Below, in pieces: positions 51,601 through 60,382 of a DNA stretch of 64,000 bases (within the stretch, counting starts at the first letter, position 1; each line of letters opens with the position of its first letter). Source of the DNA: Candidatus Poribacteria bacterium (lineage in GTDB: Bacteria > Poribacteria > WGA-4E > WGA-3G). A model generated the notes under the pieces. That model searched no databases and was not told the DNA's origin. It saw only the letters and a list, made by a program, of their open reading frames with translations. The position numbers and the translations under genes were made by a program. Location of the stretch: the NCBI GenBank assembly GCA_963665235.2, contig CAXXLX010000001.1, forward strand, positions 3,808,001-3,872,000. Direction: 5' to 3'.

Positions 51601-51836
51601 CTGAACTCCGTTTTCCACTCTACTCCCTATTTGATGGCGTGCTTTTCTTTGACACAGGAAACGTATGGGAAACAGCAAGCGACATCGACATTGCTGAATT
51701 GCCTACCTCTGTCGGGGCAGGGTTATATTTGGACCTCGGCCCCCTCAGGGGCGGGTTCGATTACGCTGTGCCACTCCGGACCATCGCTGACAGCTCGGAA
51801 AATACGCTCTATTTTCGCATCGGAAGTATATTCTAG
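48666..51836 (+). CDS. Omp85 family (BamA/TamA) outer-membrane protein with POTRA domains
   Basis: ERFWAGGSTTVRGY motif; C-terminal FRIGSIF. Confidence 0.9.
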   Translation: MPKLQKTAPTPRRINGGKTAISLSVFLLFCALIVTPVSGGVEDENNQQRPETVSSSQETQVAQIIYRIDTRIVTETVVLDTLKKRTHITVGAPFSRQAIQQSVVSLHALAQFSQVNVYALDTPEGVILTFDLKRVVHIKKIEITGVPDELKRALRNAMLSKVGHIYLPAIAESEVPRIKAACTDYGYFSPTVIHKPITAEGQVTYQITLGNPSLIKTLQIQGHESVSTKDIQDACRLSRVGKPYRKYAVETDIAQIRALYRKKHYPTATVVPTFTHKTGVLLLQINQGKQYLIEFLSKKDGRPIVFSSGFRNFLAKFGIGNASSEEMELKEKIINAPFLYKQTIQAHFEVKGYYGTEVSPPEIIDTPLRYHAKFTINPGTRYTVKNISFSGNKAFSDAVLLREMQARPPNRLSRLIRKRFLSKQILETDKQSLKILYKKAGYPKVVIEIDLHKHTPNNKDIGEVEIHVDIVELYKEVIQRCHFIGNQVIDTATLLGALPIQPPQPNESLLEKGYANAVLKMYYERGYVDAEVKTKYMDKTDTAVLEVPGNFSEHLDAGTLPPELRDEFEKQGLTLAGTFIASKIDEHWIIQDAENNARYTLKQHPTSLSVFEHGVLHIEITEGPQVVFGTFYFGGDPGVKRQVLTREVEHLPGTRYTPSKLSRVLQNLYKTGLFEPGIRTTAIERADTIKQTATAPNRNAETSNTVPQTVSLQATVQPRVKDVLIELQRQKPGAYGASIGYNASEGARGTLALSHRNIFKRNIRFLLRGRGGTRAGTLGYLYDATLTEPWFLGRTQGSLQWAERNLEEDDNVRARQASFTLSRELPRDNWLELQYSFRHLRQPDATTITLTDKTTTVSSLRFSWTHNSRFPSINPISGILNEVTLEYAGNLLGGQTNFIKTVTDTRYYRKLHNKGPVLATALRFGITTGIGSSRHAELISFERFWAGGSTTVRGYAERGLGPLDSTLRHRGNVQLIFNTELRFPLYSLFDGVLFFDTGNVWETASDIDIAELPTSVGAGLYLDLGPLRGGFDYAVPLRTIADSSENTLYFRIGSIF

Positions 51837-51946
51837 TGGCTATTGGCTGTTGGCTATTGGAAACCATTAGCAAGAGAAAGAAACAAAGAGGAGGATAATG
51901 GACGCAGTTCATGAAATCCTCCCAAAGAGCCCTCTTCTCCTTCTTA

Positions 51947-52383
51947 TACCATTTTTATTAATTATTCTATCATTACCGGTTGTTAGAAATGAAACGGAGA
52001 ACGGAAGACACAAACTGGAAGTTTATGCTACCATAAAGCGCACAAACTGGAAGTTTATGCTACAATAAAGCGCACAAACTGGAAGTTTATGCTACGATAA
52101 AGCACACAAACTGGAAGTTTATGCTACGATAAAGCACACAAACTGGAAGTTTATGCTACGATAAAGCACACAAACTGGAAGTTTATGCTACGATAAAGCA
52201 CACAAACTGGAAGTTTATGCTACGATAAAGCACACAAACTGGAAGTTTATGCTACGATAAAGCACACAAACTGGAAGTTTATGCTACGATAAAGCACACA
52301 AACTGGAAGTTTATGCTACGATAAAGCACACAAACTGGAAGTTTATGCTACAATAAAGAGACATTTTTCAATTAGAAATGGTA
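51947..52383. mobile_element. MITE family B, copy 3, with 11 tandem 32-bp GTAG-type REP units
   Basis: TTA|TACCATTT...AAATGGTA|TTA; units CAAACTGGAAGTTTATGCTACGATAAAGCACA start from 52011 to 52331. Confidence 0.9.
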
Positions 52384-52433
52384 TTATATTTCTTCTCTTC
52401 TCTTATATTTCTTGCCAATTGCTGCCAATGAGC

Positions 52434-53363
52434 TTAATCGCTCTGTTTATAAGGTTTTCCTAATGCTAAGGGTGCTTCTGCTCGCCCAACAAATCCTGCT
52501 AACACCACCAGGCAAAGCAGATATGGCAACATCGCAAACCATTGAAATTGAACCTCCCAGCCAATTGCTTGAAACCGGGCTTCCAAAGCGGTACCGAGAC
52601 CGAACAGCAGCGCAGCACCGCACGCCTTCACAGGATGCCATTTCCCAAAGATGACAATTGCCAACGCAATAAATCCACGCCCACCAGTCATCCCCGGATT
52701 AAAATACGGCACATCCGCAAGCGACAAATATCCACCCCCAATGCCTGCCATCGTACCAGCAAACAGTAAACACACTGTCCGCAAACTAAAAACATTAACC
52801 CCAACAGTAGAAATCGCCTTCGGATGTTCGCCACATGCACGAATCCTAAGCCCAGCATGTGTGTGATATAGGAAAAAGTAAACGCACGGCACTAGCAGAA
52901 ACGCCAGGAAAACGAGAATATTGTGTGAAAATAGGGCAGGTCCGACAAAAGGTATCTGTGAGAGAAGCGGCACATCAAATTGTTTGAAATCTGTGACGCG
53001 AAGCGCGCTGCCTGTCACCCCAAACAGGCGTTGATATACGACCTCTGTTAGACCCAATGCTAAAAGTGTTATTGCGGTACCGATGACAACTTGGTCACAG
53101 CGGAGCCGTATCGCAAAAAACGCGAAGAGGGCAGCCGTCGCAAGTCCACTCACCCCAGCGACTATAAGTCCGCACCACGGTGCTAAGTAGGGCAGGGCAG
53201 CTGTGTAGAACGAGCCAACCATGCCAAAGAACGCGCCCATCAACATCATTCCTTCAATGCCAATATTAATCACACCTGCGCGTTGTGAAACGACTTCGCC
53301 TAGTGCCGCAAACAGAAGAGGCGTTGCCCCGCGAATCGTCGCTGCAAGAATATCTTCAAACAT
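52434..53363 (-). CDS. Nucleoside/sugar ABC transporter permease (NupC-like)
   Basis: RAGVINIGIEG and GRGFIALAIVIFGKWHP motifs. Confidence 0.92.
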   Translation of the reverse strand: MFEDILAATIRGATPLLFAALGEVVSQRAGVINIGIEGMMLMGAFFGMVGSFYTAALPYLAPWCGLIVAGVSGLATAALFAFFAIRLRCDQVVIGTAITLLALGLTEVVYQRLFGVTGSALRVTDFKQFDVPLLSQIPFVGPALFSHNILVFLAFLLVPCVYFFLYHTHAGLRIRACGEHPKAISTVGVNVFSLRTVCLLFAGTMAGIGGGYLSLADVPYFNPGMTGGRGFIALAIVIFGKWHPVKACGAALLFGLGTALEARFQAIGWEVQFQWFAMLPYLLCLVVLAGFVGRAEAPLALGKPYKQSD

Positions 53364-53390
53364 GTTATAGCCTCCGCAGTTGCTTGAGAA

Positions 53391-54542
53391 TCATGATGCC
53401 TCTTTTGCTGACGACCGATTGCCGATTGCCGATTGCCGACGAAAGAATTTGACAGCACTATACCCAATAACAAAAAGTAGAATTACCGCCTGCATCACCC
53501 ATGTCACCTTATCCGAGATGCCGACTCCGCGTTGCATAGCATAAGACCCGGTTGTCAGCGCGCCGAACAGCAGAGCCGAGGCAACGGTTAGCAGCGGATG
53601 TAATTTCGCTAACAACGCGACAGCAATAGCAGTGTAACCGTATCCCGGTGAAAACCCAAGATAGAGGCGACGCGTCAGAGCCATCAGTTCAATCGCACCG
53701 CCGAGCCCTGCCAATGCCCCACTAATAAAAAAGACACGAAGGGTGTTACGTACAATCGAAATGCCTGCCGCCTCCGCTGCAGTTGCCCCTTCACCCACTG
53801 CCCGAAGTTGATACCCAAACGTAGTCCGAAACAGAAGATAGGTCAGGAAAATCGCTAATAGCACAGCGATGACGATACCTATATGTACTCGGTGCGGTGA
53901 TGAGAGAAGCCGTGGCAAAAATACCCACTCGGCTATTCTATTGCTTTGCGGCGCATGTCTGGCGAGCTCCTGCAAGGGGCCGCCATCTATCATCAGACCG
54001 ACGAAGTGGATGGCAATATAATTCAACATAATCGTGCTAATGACTTCGTTCACGCCGCGCGTCACCTTGAGAATCGCAGGAATGATACCCCATATTCCGC
54101 CAGCAAACACAGCAATGACCAACCCAAGCGGCACTGCAAACCACGTGTGCGACGGCAATAGACCGGCCACCTTTGTTCCGAACCATGTTACCGCCAAGGC
54201 ACCTATCAAAAACTGCCCCTCCGCCCCAATATTCCAGATGCCACACCGAAAAGCGATGGCAACAGAGAGCCCCGTCATCAGAAATGGAGTCGTTTTGACC
54301 AACGTTTCCCCAAATTTGCGACCGTTACCGAACGCTCCATCAATCGCAGCAACGTAAGCCTCCCACGGATTATAGCCGCACAACAATATAATTATCGCGT
54401 TTGTGATAAACGCACTCGCCAGAATGATTACCGGCACCGCCACCCACGGAGCAGCAACCGAAATTAACCCTGAAAACTTCGAGTAGATTCGGGAGAGAAC
54501 GGCAATCAGAGGATGCCCGTTCCCTTTAAAAAGATTAACCAT
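53391..54542 (-). CDS. Nucleoside/sugar ABC transporter permease (NupB-like)
   Basis: NIGAEGQF, NEVISTIMLNY and GYGYTAIAVALL motifs. Confidence 0.92.
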   Translation of the reverse strand: MVNLFKGNGHPLIAVLSRIYSKFSGLISVAAPWVAVPVIILASAFITNAIIILLCGYNPWEAYVAAIDGAFGNGRKFGETLVKTTPFLMTGLSVAIAFRCGIWNIGAEGQFLIGALAVTWFGTKVAGLLPSHTWFAVPLGLVIAVFAGGIWGIIPAILKVTRGVNEVISTIMLNYIAIHFVGLMIDGGPLQELARHAPQSNRIAEWVFLPRLLSSPHRVHIGIVIAVLLAIFLTYLLFRTTFGYQLRAVGEGATAAEAAGISIVRNTLRVFFISGALAGLGGAIELMALTRRLYLGFSPGYGYTAIAVALLAKLHPLLTVASALLFGALTTGSYAMQRGVGISDKVTWVMQAVILLFVIGYSAVKFFRRQSAIGNRSSAKEAS

Positions 54543-56142
54543 CTGTCCCTGCTTCTCCTGTCATCAACAAACCCAACGCTTCTATGTTCTCACGGTGTTC
54601 GGTAGCCTCAATTAACGTCCCTCTAGACATGACATAGAGCCTGTCGCTCAATTGTAAGACTTCATCTAATTCTGTTGAGATTAAAAGCACAGATTTTTTC
54701 TGGTCGCGCTGCAGTAGGAGATTTTGATGAACATAGTGTGCAGCACTGATGTCTAAACCGCGTGTAGGGTTAACGGCAATGAGAAGCTCCGGTTGCGATG
54801 AAATTTCACGAGCAAGGACAACCTTCTGTTGATTGCCCCCGGAAAGTGCTGTAGCGGGAATGTGCATGGATGGCGGCCGAATATCATACTCGGCAATTAG
54901 GTGTTCCGCGAGTTCTTTTTTTGTGCTCTGCTTGATAACCCCCAGCTTCGCTACATCTGCTAAGTGTTTCACATTGAGCAGGAGATTCTCCATAACAGAA
55001 AACGAAGCGATAACCCCCATCGTTTGCCTGTCTTCGGGAATATAACTGACTCCCTGTAACCGAATCTGCTTTGTGTCTCGCGGCTCTGTCGATAGTATTT
55101 CTATCTGACCGGACGCGATGGGTCTTAATCCCATAACTGCCTCCGCCAGTTCGCGCTGTCCATTTCCATCAACCCCAGCTATCCCGACGATTTCACCGCG
55201 ATGGGTTGCCATAGAGACATCCGACACCGCCACCTCATCGCGGCTACCGAGCACAGTGAGCCCCGAAATTTGCAGCACTGTATCCGTTGTGGCTCGGTTT
55301 TCTTTCCGTTCCAACTCCGCGACCGGTTCACCAAGCATTTCTCTCGCCAATTCGCGGGCGGTCAACTCCCCTGTCTTGCCGAGATACACCTTTTTTCCGC
55401 GTCTTAGCACAGTAATCCTATCGCTAATTTCTAAAACCTCTTTCATTTTGTGGCTAATGAAAATAATAGACCGGTTATCGTCTACCAATTTACGTAGGAT
55501 TGTGAAAAAACCGTTTACCTCTTGTGGGCTGAGTACGGCTGTCGGTTCGTCAAGGATGAGGATGCGCGCCTCAACGGCGAGTGCTTTGAGGATTTCAACG
55601 CGCTGTTTCAAACCGACTGAAAGGGTGCGGACTAATGCATTCGCATCGACGGTGAGCCCAAACCGTTCGGAGAGAGCTTCGGTGATTTCCACTGCCTCCG
55701 CCTTTTTAAAGCGGTGCGGAAGGAAAGAGTGAAAAATGTTTGATTTTTCATCTGGTAATGAATGAGCAATTTCGCCCCCCGGTTCTGTCGCCTCTGCCGT
55801 TCCATTTGCAGAACGTAATTGCGAGAGGCTCAGCGCAATATTTTCAGCGACGGTGAGATTCTCTATCAGCATGAAATGTTGATGTACCATACCGATGCCG
55901 TTTGCAATCGCATCGCGTGGCGAGCTGAAAACTTTGGGTTCGCCGGAGACAGAAAGGCTTCCCGCTGAAGGCTGGTAAAGCCCGTAGATGAGATTCATCA
56001 GGGTTGATTTCCCCGCCCCGTTTTCCCCCAAAATCGCATGGATTTCACCCGCTTGTAGTTCAAAATTGACGTTGTCAACCGCGACAAGCTCGCCAAAGGT
56101 TTTAGTAATCTGTTGAAGCTCAAGGACGTTTTCTGTTTCCAT
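54535..56142 (-). CDS. Nucleoside/sugar ABC transporter ATP-binding protein (two NBDs)
   Basis: GENGAGKST and LSGGNQQKV motifs. Confidence 0.94.
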   Translation of the reverse strand: METENVLELQQITKTFGELVAVDNVNFELQAGEIHAILGENGAGKSTLMNLIYGLYQPSAGSLSVSGEPKVFSSPRDAIANGIGMVHQHFMLIENLTVAENIALSLSQLRSANGTAEATEPGGEIAHSLPDEKSNIFHSFLPHRFKKAEAVEITEALSERFGLTVDANALVRTLSVGLKQRVEILKALAVEARILILDEPTAVLSPQEVNGFFTILRKLVDDNRSIIFISHKMKEVLEISDRITVLRRGKKVYLGKTGELTARELAREMLGEPVAELERKENRATTDTVLQISGLTVLGSRDEVAVSDVSMATHRGEIVGIAGVDGNGQRELAEAVMGLRPIASGQIEILSTEPRDTKQIRLQGVSYIPEDRQTMGVIASFSVMENLLLNVKHLADVAKLGVIKQSTKKELAEHLIAEYDIRPPSMHIPATALSGGNQQKVVLAREISSQPELLIAVNPTRGLDISAAHYVHQNLLLQRDQKKSVLLISTELDEVLQLSDRLYVMSRGTLIEATEHRENIEALGLLMTGEAGTDG

Positions 56143-56991
56143 CTACACCCTACACCAATTATCCGCTCTGGCGGCTGTCAATTCACCATCGTAAGCGACA
56201 AACCGCAACGAAATCTGCCACGTTTCATTTTTCGGTGTCAAAACTGGTCCTGTCTGTGTCGGGTTATAGAGTGCCATACCGTAATCCCGAATGAACCACG
56301 GCCCCCGGGTGTCCCCATTAAGAATTGTCATAAAGATACCAAAATGTCCGTGTGTTGGGAGTTGATTTTGATATGCCACAAAATCTGAAATCCCTTGAAG
56401 CACTTCAACCTTCCCTCTACGGTCGTTATCTCCGATAACAACGCCTCCCATAACAGGTAAAAGTCTCGGTTCAACCCGCATGCCGATGCTGCCATACTTG
56501 GTTTGTGGATATTCAACGGCACCATAGGTGGCGACTTTTTCACTTGTCATATCGCACACTGTGGCATCAGCTAGGGCGTATAGATTGACCGTCCGAATTT
56601 CATCGAGTAAAGGCGCGTCGTTTTCATCGCGCCAGATAACCTTCTGAACAAATTGAACGCCATTCGCGTGTGGCGTGATGTCGATATCTTTCTGCGTTTC
56701 CATACGTCCCAATTTCTCAAAGAGTCTGTCTGTAAAAGAGCGGCGTGGTGGGGCACCCCAAAACCATGCTTCTCGGTCGCCTACCTTCACCGGGGCTTGT
56801 CCTACAAAAATCCCGTTGTGAAACGGATGGTCAAAAGCGAACTCCTGAATAACGGTATGTCCAGCAGGCGTATAGAATGGAAAGACAAAAGGACGGTAAA
56901 AGTTGGCACCGAGTCCGCCTAAACAACGTCCTGTATCGGTCTCAACAACTAAATGTGTTCTGGCATTAATTATAACTTTGTAAGCACTCAT
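56143..56991 (-). CDS. Soluble 'PmoA-like' (DUF6807-type) protein
   Basis: RPFVFPFYTPAG...DHPFHNG...TKYG...WFIRDYG pattern. Confidence 0.72.
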   Translation of the reverse strand: MSAYKVIINARTHLVVETDTGRCLGGLGANFYRPFVFPFYTPAGHTVIQEFAFDHPFHNGIFVGQAPVKVGDREAWFWGAPPRRSFTDRLFEKLGRMETQKDIDITPHANGVQFVQKVIWRDENDAPLLDEIRTVNLYALADATVCDMTSEKVATYGAVEYPQTKYGSIGMRVEPRLLPVMGGVVIGDNDRRGKVEVLQGISDFVAYQNQLPTHGHFGIFMTILNGDTRGPWFIRDYGMALYNPTQTGPVLTPKNETWQISLRFVAYDGELTAARADNWCRV

Positions 56992-57133
56992 TTTTTTCTC
57001 CTTTTTGGTGTCCATCGGAAGAAGCATGTCCTATATTTTACCACGAATTGCCTGTCCAACGCAAATAGAAAATTGCCTAATTGCCTACACAAAAACTGGA
57101 CACACCCAAATTTTAAAATTTTCAACTTTTCCC

Positions 57134-57162
57134 TTGACTTTTAATCGGTTTTTTGATAAAAT
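57134..57162 (+). promoter_or_regulatory. Sigma70-type promoter of the TCA cluster
   Basis: TTGACT-17 bp-TAAAAT with extended -10 TG. Confidence 0.62.
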
Positions 57163-57344
57163 ATTTTTAAAGCTTTAACAACAATAGGTCAGCAAACTTT
57201 TTTAAAAACGGAATCTGGAAACCTCACCGTTAATATGGCATATCACATTTACAAAACCTGCCCCCTGGTGCTGTAGATTAGTAAGCCTGCCCTTTCAGGA
57301 GGAGTCAATCCGGCGAGTCAGATTCTCAGCAAAGAGGAGATTTC

Positions 57345-58892
57345 ATGTTGAATAAGAACTTGGAGGCAAAACAGTTAGCGGCGGCCCGAAAAATCCTGTC
57401 TCATGTGCCTGATGCTTCGGCGTATGCCCCCGTAACAGACTCCTTGAACCGAGCGACAGAGCTCGGTGAGGAGGCAATTGCGGGCGTACTAAAGAGTTTC
57501 AGCTCCATGCCGCAATCGACAACTGTTTTCGCAAATCCTGTGTTACACCGGGCCGCCGTTAAGTGTGGAGAGACAGAGATAACCCTGAATATTCGGAGTT
57601 TTGCAATTCGCGGTATCATTCCGGAAAGTGAGATTGTGGCAGAACAGCTCAGTCCCACATCAGTTATTTTTACCGGTCTTTTTGGCAAGAGGCCCATAAA
57701 AGATGATATAGATGAAGAGGCACTTCTAACGGGATTAATAGATAAAAAGTTTTACAAATTCACCAGCATCCGTAGGGACAGCCTCACCGGCGATCGCCGG
57801 CTTATCAATCAGGTTGCCGAATTTGTCAAAGCCTTTCCAGAAGCTGGACCCGAGGCCGTCATCCAACATTTCTCGACACTCAGGAAGCTAAGCACGCCAC
57901 GTCAGAAAGGCATTAGCGGCACAAGACCCCCCGGGACACTGCTGCTCGACCTAATCGGAACGCACATGGAAAATGTGGCACTCGGCACAGTATCGGTCTA
58001 TATGCGGCACCAGCTCAGAGAAAGCAACGCTTTGCATCCACAAGTGCTCGCAATGCGTGCTAACGACCTTATTACTGAACACCAGAAAAATGGAAAGACC
58101 GCGTTCCAAACCTGTTACAGTCTACTTTTAGGTAGAGAAGCAACCCCTATTGAAGCAACTATTCTGGAACGGATGGGTATCATACAGACGCACCACGGCT
58201 CCGCGGGCTCCAATGTGGTTGCCCGATATCTGGCGACTTTACACACAGGCGCGGTCTCCGATTTCTTTGTTGCCTCACAGATGGCACTAGATGGCGACCG
58301 ACATTTCGGGGCCATTCACGATATGACAGCGTTCATCAATCAGCTAGAACCGTTAGACTCCGAGGCACAAGAAGAAGCAATCCGAAAACGTATGCGTATC
58401 GCACTCCCAACCTTTGGACACCCAGAAATAGCCGCTGCTGGCAGAACCGACGAAATCCAGCAAGACCCGAGACCCGCTATCTATTTTAACCCCTTCATAA
58501 AAGCTGTGAATGATGGTGATATTCAACTCAGTGACAGACAGAAAAAGCGGTTGGCAATTGTGCAACGTCTTTATCAAATCGCTTTCGTTGAAGGTATCGT
58601 TCGCCCCGGGCGCGAAGATGAACCGCCGCTCCGATTAACCCCAAATACCGACTTTGGCGGATGGGCAGTTCAAGAGGGATTAGGTATCTATGAAAACGAC
58701 AGGACATTCTTAACTTACATCTTCCGCGGATTTGGATGGATAATGGATGCACGTGAACAGCTCCAACTCAAAATCATCCGACCGGTTATTCCACCACACC
58801 CCGATGTCATTCCGGAACCGACTGACGATATGACCATCGCTGATGAGGTAGTCGCACTACATAACCAAATGGCAGGGCCGAATATCTTTTAA
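57345..58892 (+). CDS. Divergent citrate synthase / citryl-CoA lyase-fold enzyme
   Basis: THHG, GDRHFGA, TFGH, DPR, PNTDF, RGFGW and IIRP map onto the citrate synthase active-site motifs; lies upstream of icd. Confidence 0.72.
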   Translation: MLNKNLEAKQLAAARKILSHVPDASAYAPVTDSLNRATELGEEAIAGVLKSFSSMPQSTTVFANPVLHRAAVKCGETEITLNIRSFAIRGIIPESEIVAEQLSPTSVIFTGLFGKRPIKDDIDEEALLTGLIDKKFYKFTSIRRDSLTGDRRLINQVAEFVKAFPEAGPEAVIQHFSTLRKLSTPRQKGISGTRPPGTLLLDLIGTHMENVALGTVSVYMRHQLRESNALHPQVLAMRANDLITEHQKNGKTAFQTCYSLLLGREATPIEATILERMGIIQTHHGSAGSNVVARYLATLHTGAVSDFFVASQMALDGDRHFGAIHDMTAFINQLEPLDSEAQEEAIRKRMRIALPTFGHPEIAAAGRTDEIQQDPRPAIYFNPFIKAVNDGDIQLSDRQKKRLAIVQRLYQIAFVEGIVRPGREDEPPLRLTPNTDFGGWAVQEGLGIYENDRTFLTYIFRGFGWIMDAREQLQLKIIRPVIPPHPDVIPEPTDDMTIADEVVALHNQMAGPNIF

Positions 58893-58943
58893 AAGTGTCA
58901 ACAAAATCCATAGACACGCTGCACATATCAGAGAGGAACACTT

Positions 58944-60191
58944 GTGATTGAATTTGAGCAACTTGTAGTCCCCACAGTGGGTGAAAAAATCGAAACAAAT
59001 AACGGACAGCTCACTGTCCCCAATAAACCGATTATTCCGGTCATTGAGGGGGACGGTATCGGCAGAGACATCATGAAAACAACGCGTCATGTTGTCGACG
59101 CTGCTGTGCAAACCGCTTACAATGGCAAAAACCAAATCGTCTGGTTCGATATCTACGCTGGCGAAAACGCCATGGCGAAATATAACGAATGGCTACCACA
59201 AGATACGTTCAAGGCTATCGACCACTTCCGAGTTGCGCTAAAGGGGCCCTTAACAACCCCCGTCGGTGGCGGTTTTCGCAGTCTAAATGTGACCCTACGG
59301 CAGGTGCTTGAACTCTACGCTTGCGTACGACCCGTCCGATACTTCCAAGGTGTGCCCGCCCCGGTCACACATCCTGAAAAGATGGATGTGGTTATCTTCC
59401 GAGAAAACACCGAAGATGTTTACGCAGGTATCGAATGGGAACAGGGCACCCCCGAAGTCAAAAAGGTGATTGAACTGCTCCGAACCGAAATGGGAGTGGA
59501 GATTCGAGAAGACTCCGGGGTCGGTATTAAACCGATTAGCATCTTCGGGACGAAACGGCTCGCGCGGATGGCCATTCAATACGCACTCGACAACGGAAGA
59601 CGAAGTGTTACGTTTGTCCACAAGGGGAATATCATGAAGTTCACGGAAGGCGCGTTCTGTGCATGGGGATACGAGCTCGCCAAGGAGGAGTTCGGTGACA
59701 CAACCATCACCGAAACGGAACTCTATGACAGGTATGATGGAAATCTCCCGGAAGGGAAAATTCTCGTCAACGACCGAATTGCGGACAGCATGCTGCAGCA
59801 AATTCTAACGCGTACGGATGAATACGACGTTATTGTGACCCCCAATTTGAATGGCGATTATCTCTCCGATGCTGCAGCAGCGCAGGTAGGCGGCATCGGT
59901 ATGGCACCCGGTGGAAACCTCAACGATGAGGTCGCCCTCTTCGAAGCAACACACGGTACAGCCCCAAAATATACCGATCAGGATGTTGTTAACCCCAGTT
60001 CACTTATCCTCTCGGCTGTCATGATGTTAGAGCATATCGGTTGGCAAGAGGCGGCGGACCTGATTATTGCTGGACTGGAGAAGACTATTCTCCAAAAACG
60101 GGTGACGTACGATTTGGAACGGTTGATGGAAGGGGCAACGAAGGTTCGCACGTCCGAATTCGGTGCGGCGATTGTTGAAAACTTTTCGTAA
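58944..60191 (+). CDS. icd: Isocitrate dehydrogenase (NADP, E. coli type)
   Basis: [32 protein letters not shown] and [10 protein letters not shown] motifs. Confidence 0.97.
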   Translation: MIEFEQLVVPTVGEKIETNNGQLTVPNKPIIPVIEGDGIGRDIMKTTRHVVDAAVQTAYNGKNQIVWFDIYAGENAMAKYNEWLPQDTFKAIDHFRVALKGPLTTPVGGGFRSLNVTLRQVLELYACVRPVRYFQGVPAPVTHPEKMDVVIFRENTEDVYAGIEWEQGTPEVKKVIELLRTEMGVEIREDSGVGIKPISIFGTKRLARMAIQYALDNGRRSVTFVHKGNIMKFTEGAFCAWGYELAKEEFGDTTITETELYDRYDGNLPEGKILVNDRIADSMLQQILTRTDEYDVIVTPNLNGDYLSDAAAAQVGGIGMAPGGNLNDEVALFEATHGTAPKYTDQDVVNPSSLILSAVMMLEHIGWQEAADLIIAGLEKTILQKRVTYDLERLMEGATKVRTSEFGAAIVENFS

Positions 60192-60224
60192 AAATATTCG
60201 ATTACACATAACACGGAGCAGCAC

Positions 60225-60359
60225 ATGTCTTTAAAAACGAAAATTGTTCTCGGGGTCGGCGTGTTCACTGCCATCGGCATCGGGATAGGGATAGAACTCT
60301 ATCGCCTTCACAAGCGTATTTTAAAAGAGTTGGTTGCAATTCGCAAGCAGGGGGAATAG
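60225..60359 (+). CDS. Small single-TM protein (44 aa), below the ORF-track cutoff
   Basis: GGAG RBS; MSLKTKIVLGVGVFTAIGIGIGIELYRLHKRILKELVAIRKQGE. Confidence 0.55.
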   Translation: MSLKTKIVLGVGVFTAIGIGIGIELYRLHKRILKELVAIRKQGE

Positions 60360-60382
60360 CAGCGAACTGCTAGCAACTCCGG

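Noticed and set aside
52011-52360. CRISPR or TIGR-like guide array
   Set aside because: The 32-bp units are nearly invariant with no variable spacer segments and no adjacent effector gene.
56143-56991. Particulate methane monooxygenase
   Set aside because: Soluble protein with no TM helices and no pmoB/pmoC; the family name is misleading.
57170-57344. Riboswitch in the TCA-cluster leader
   Set aside because: No recognisable aptamer consensus by eye; an Rfam/Infernal search is needed to decide.
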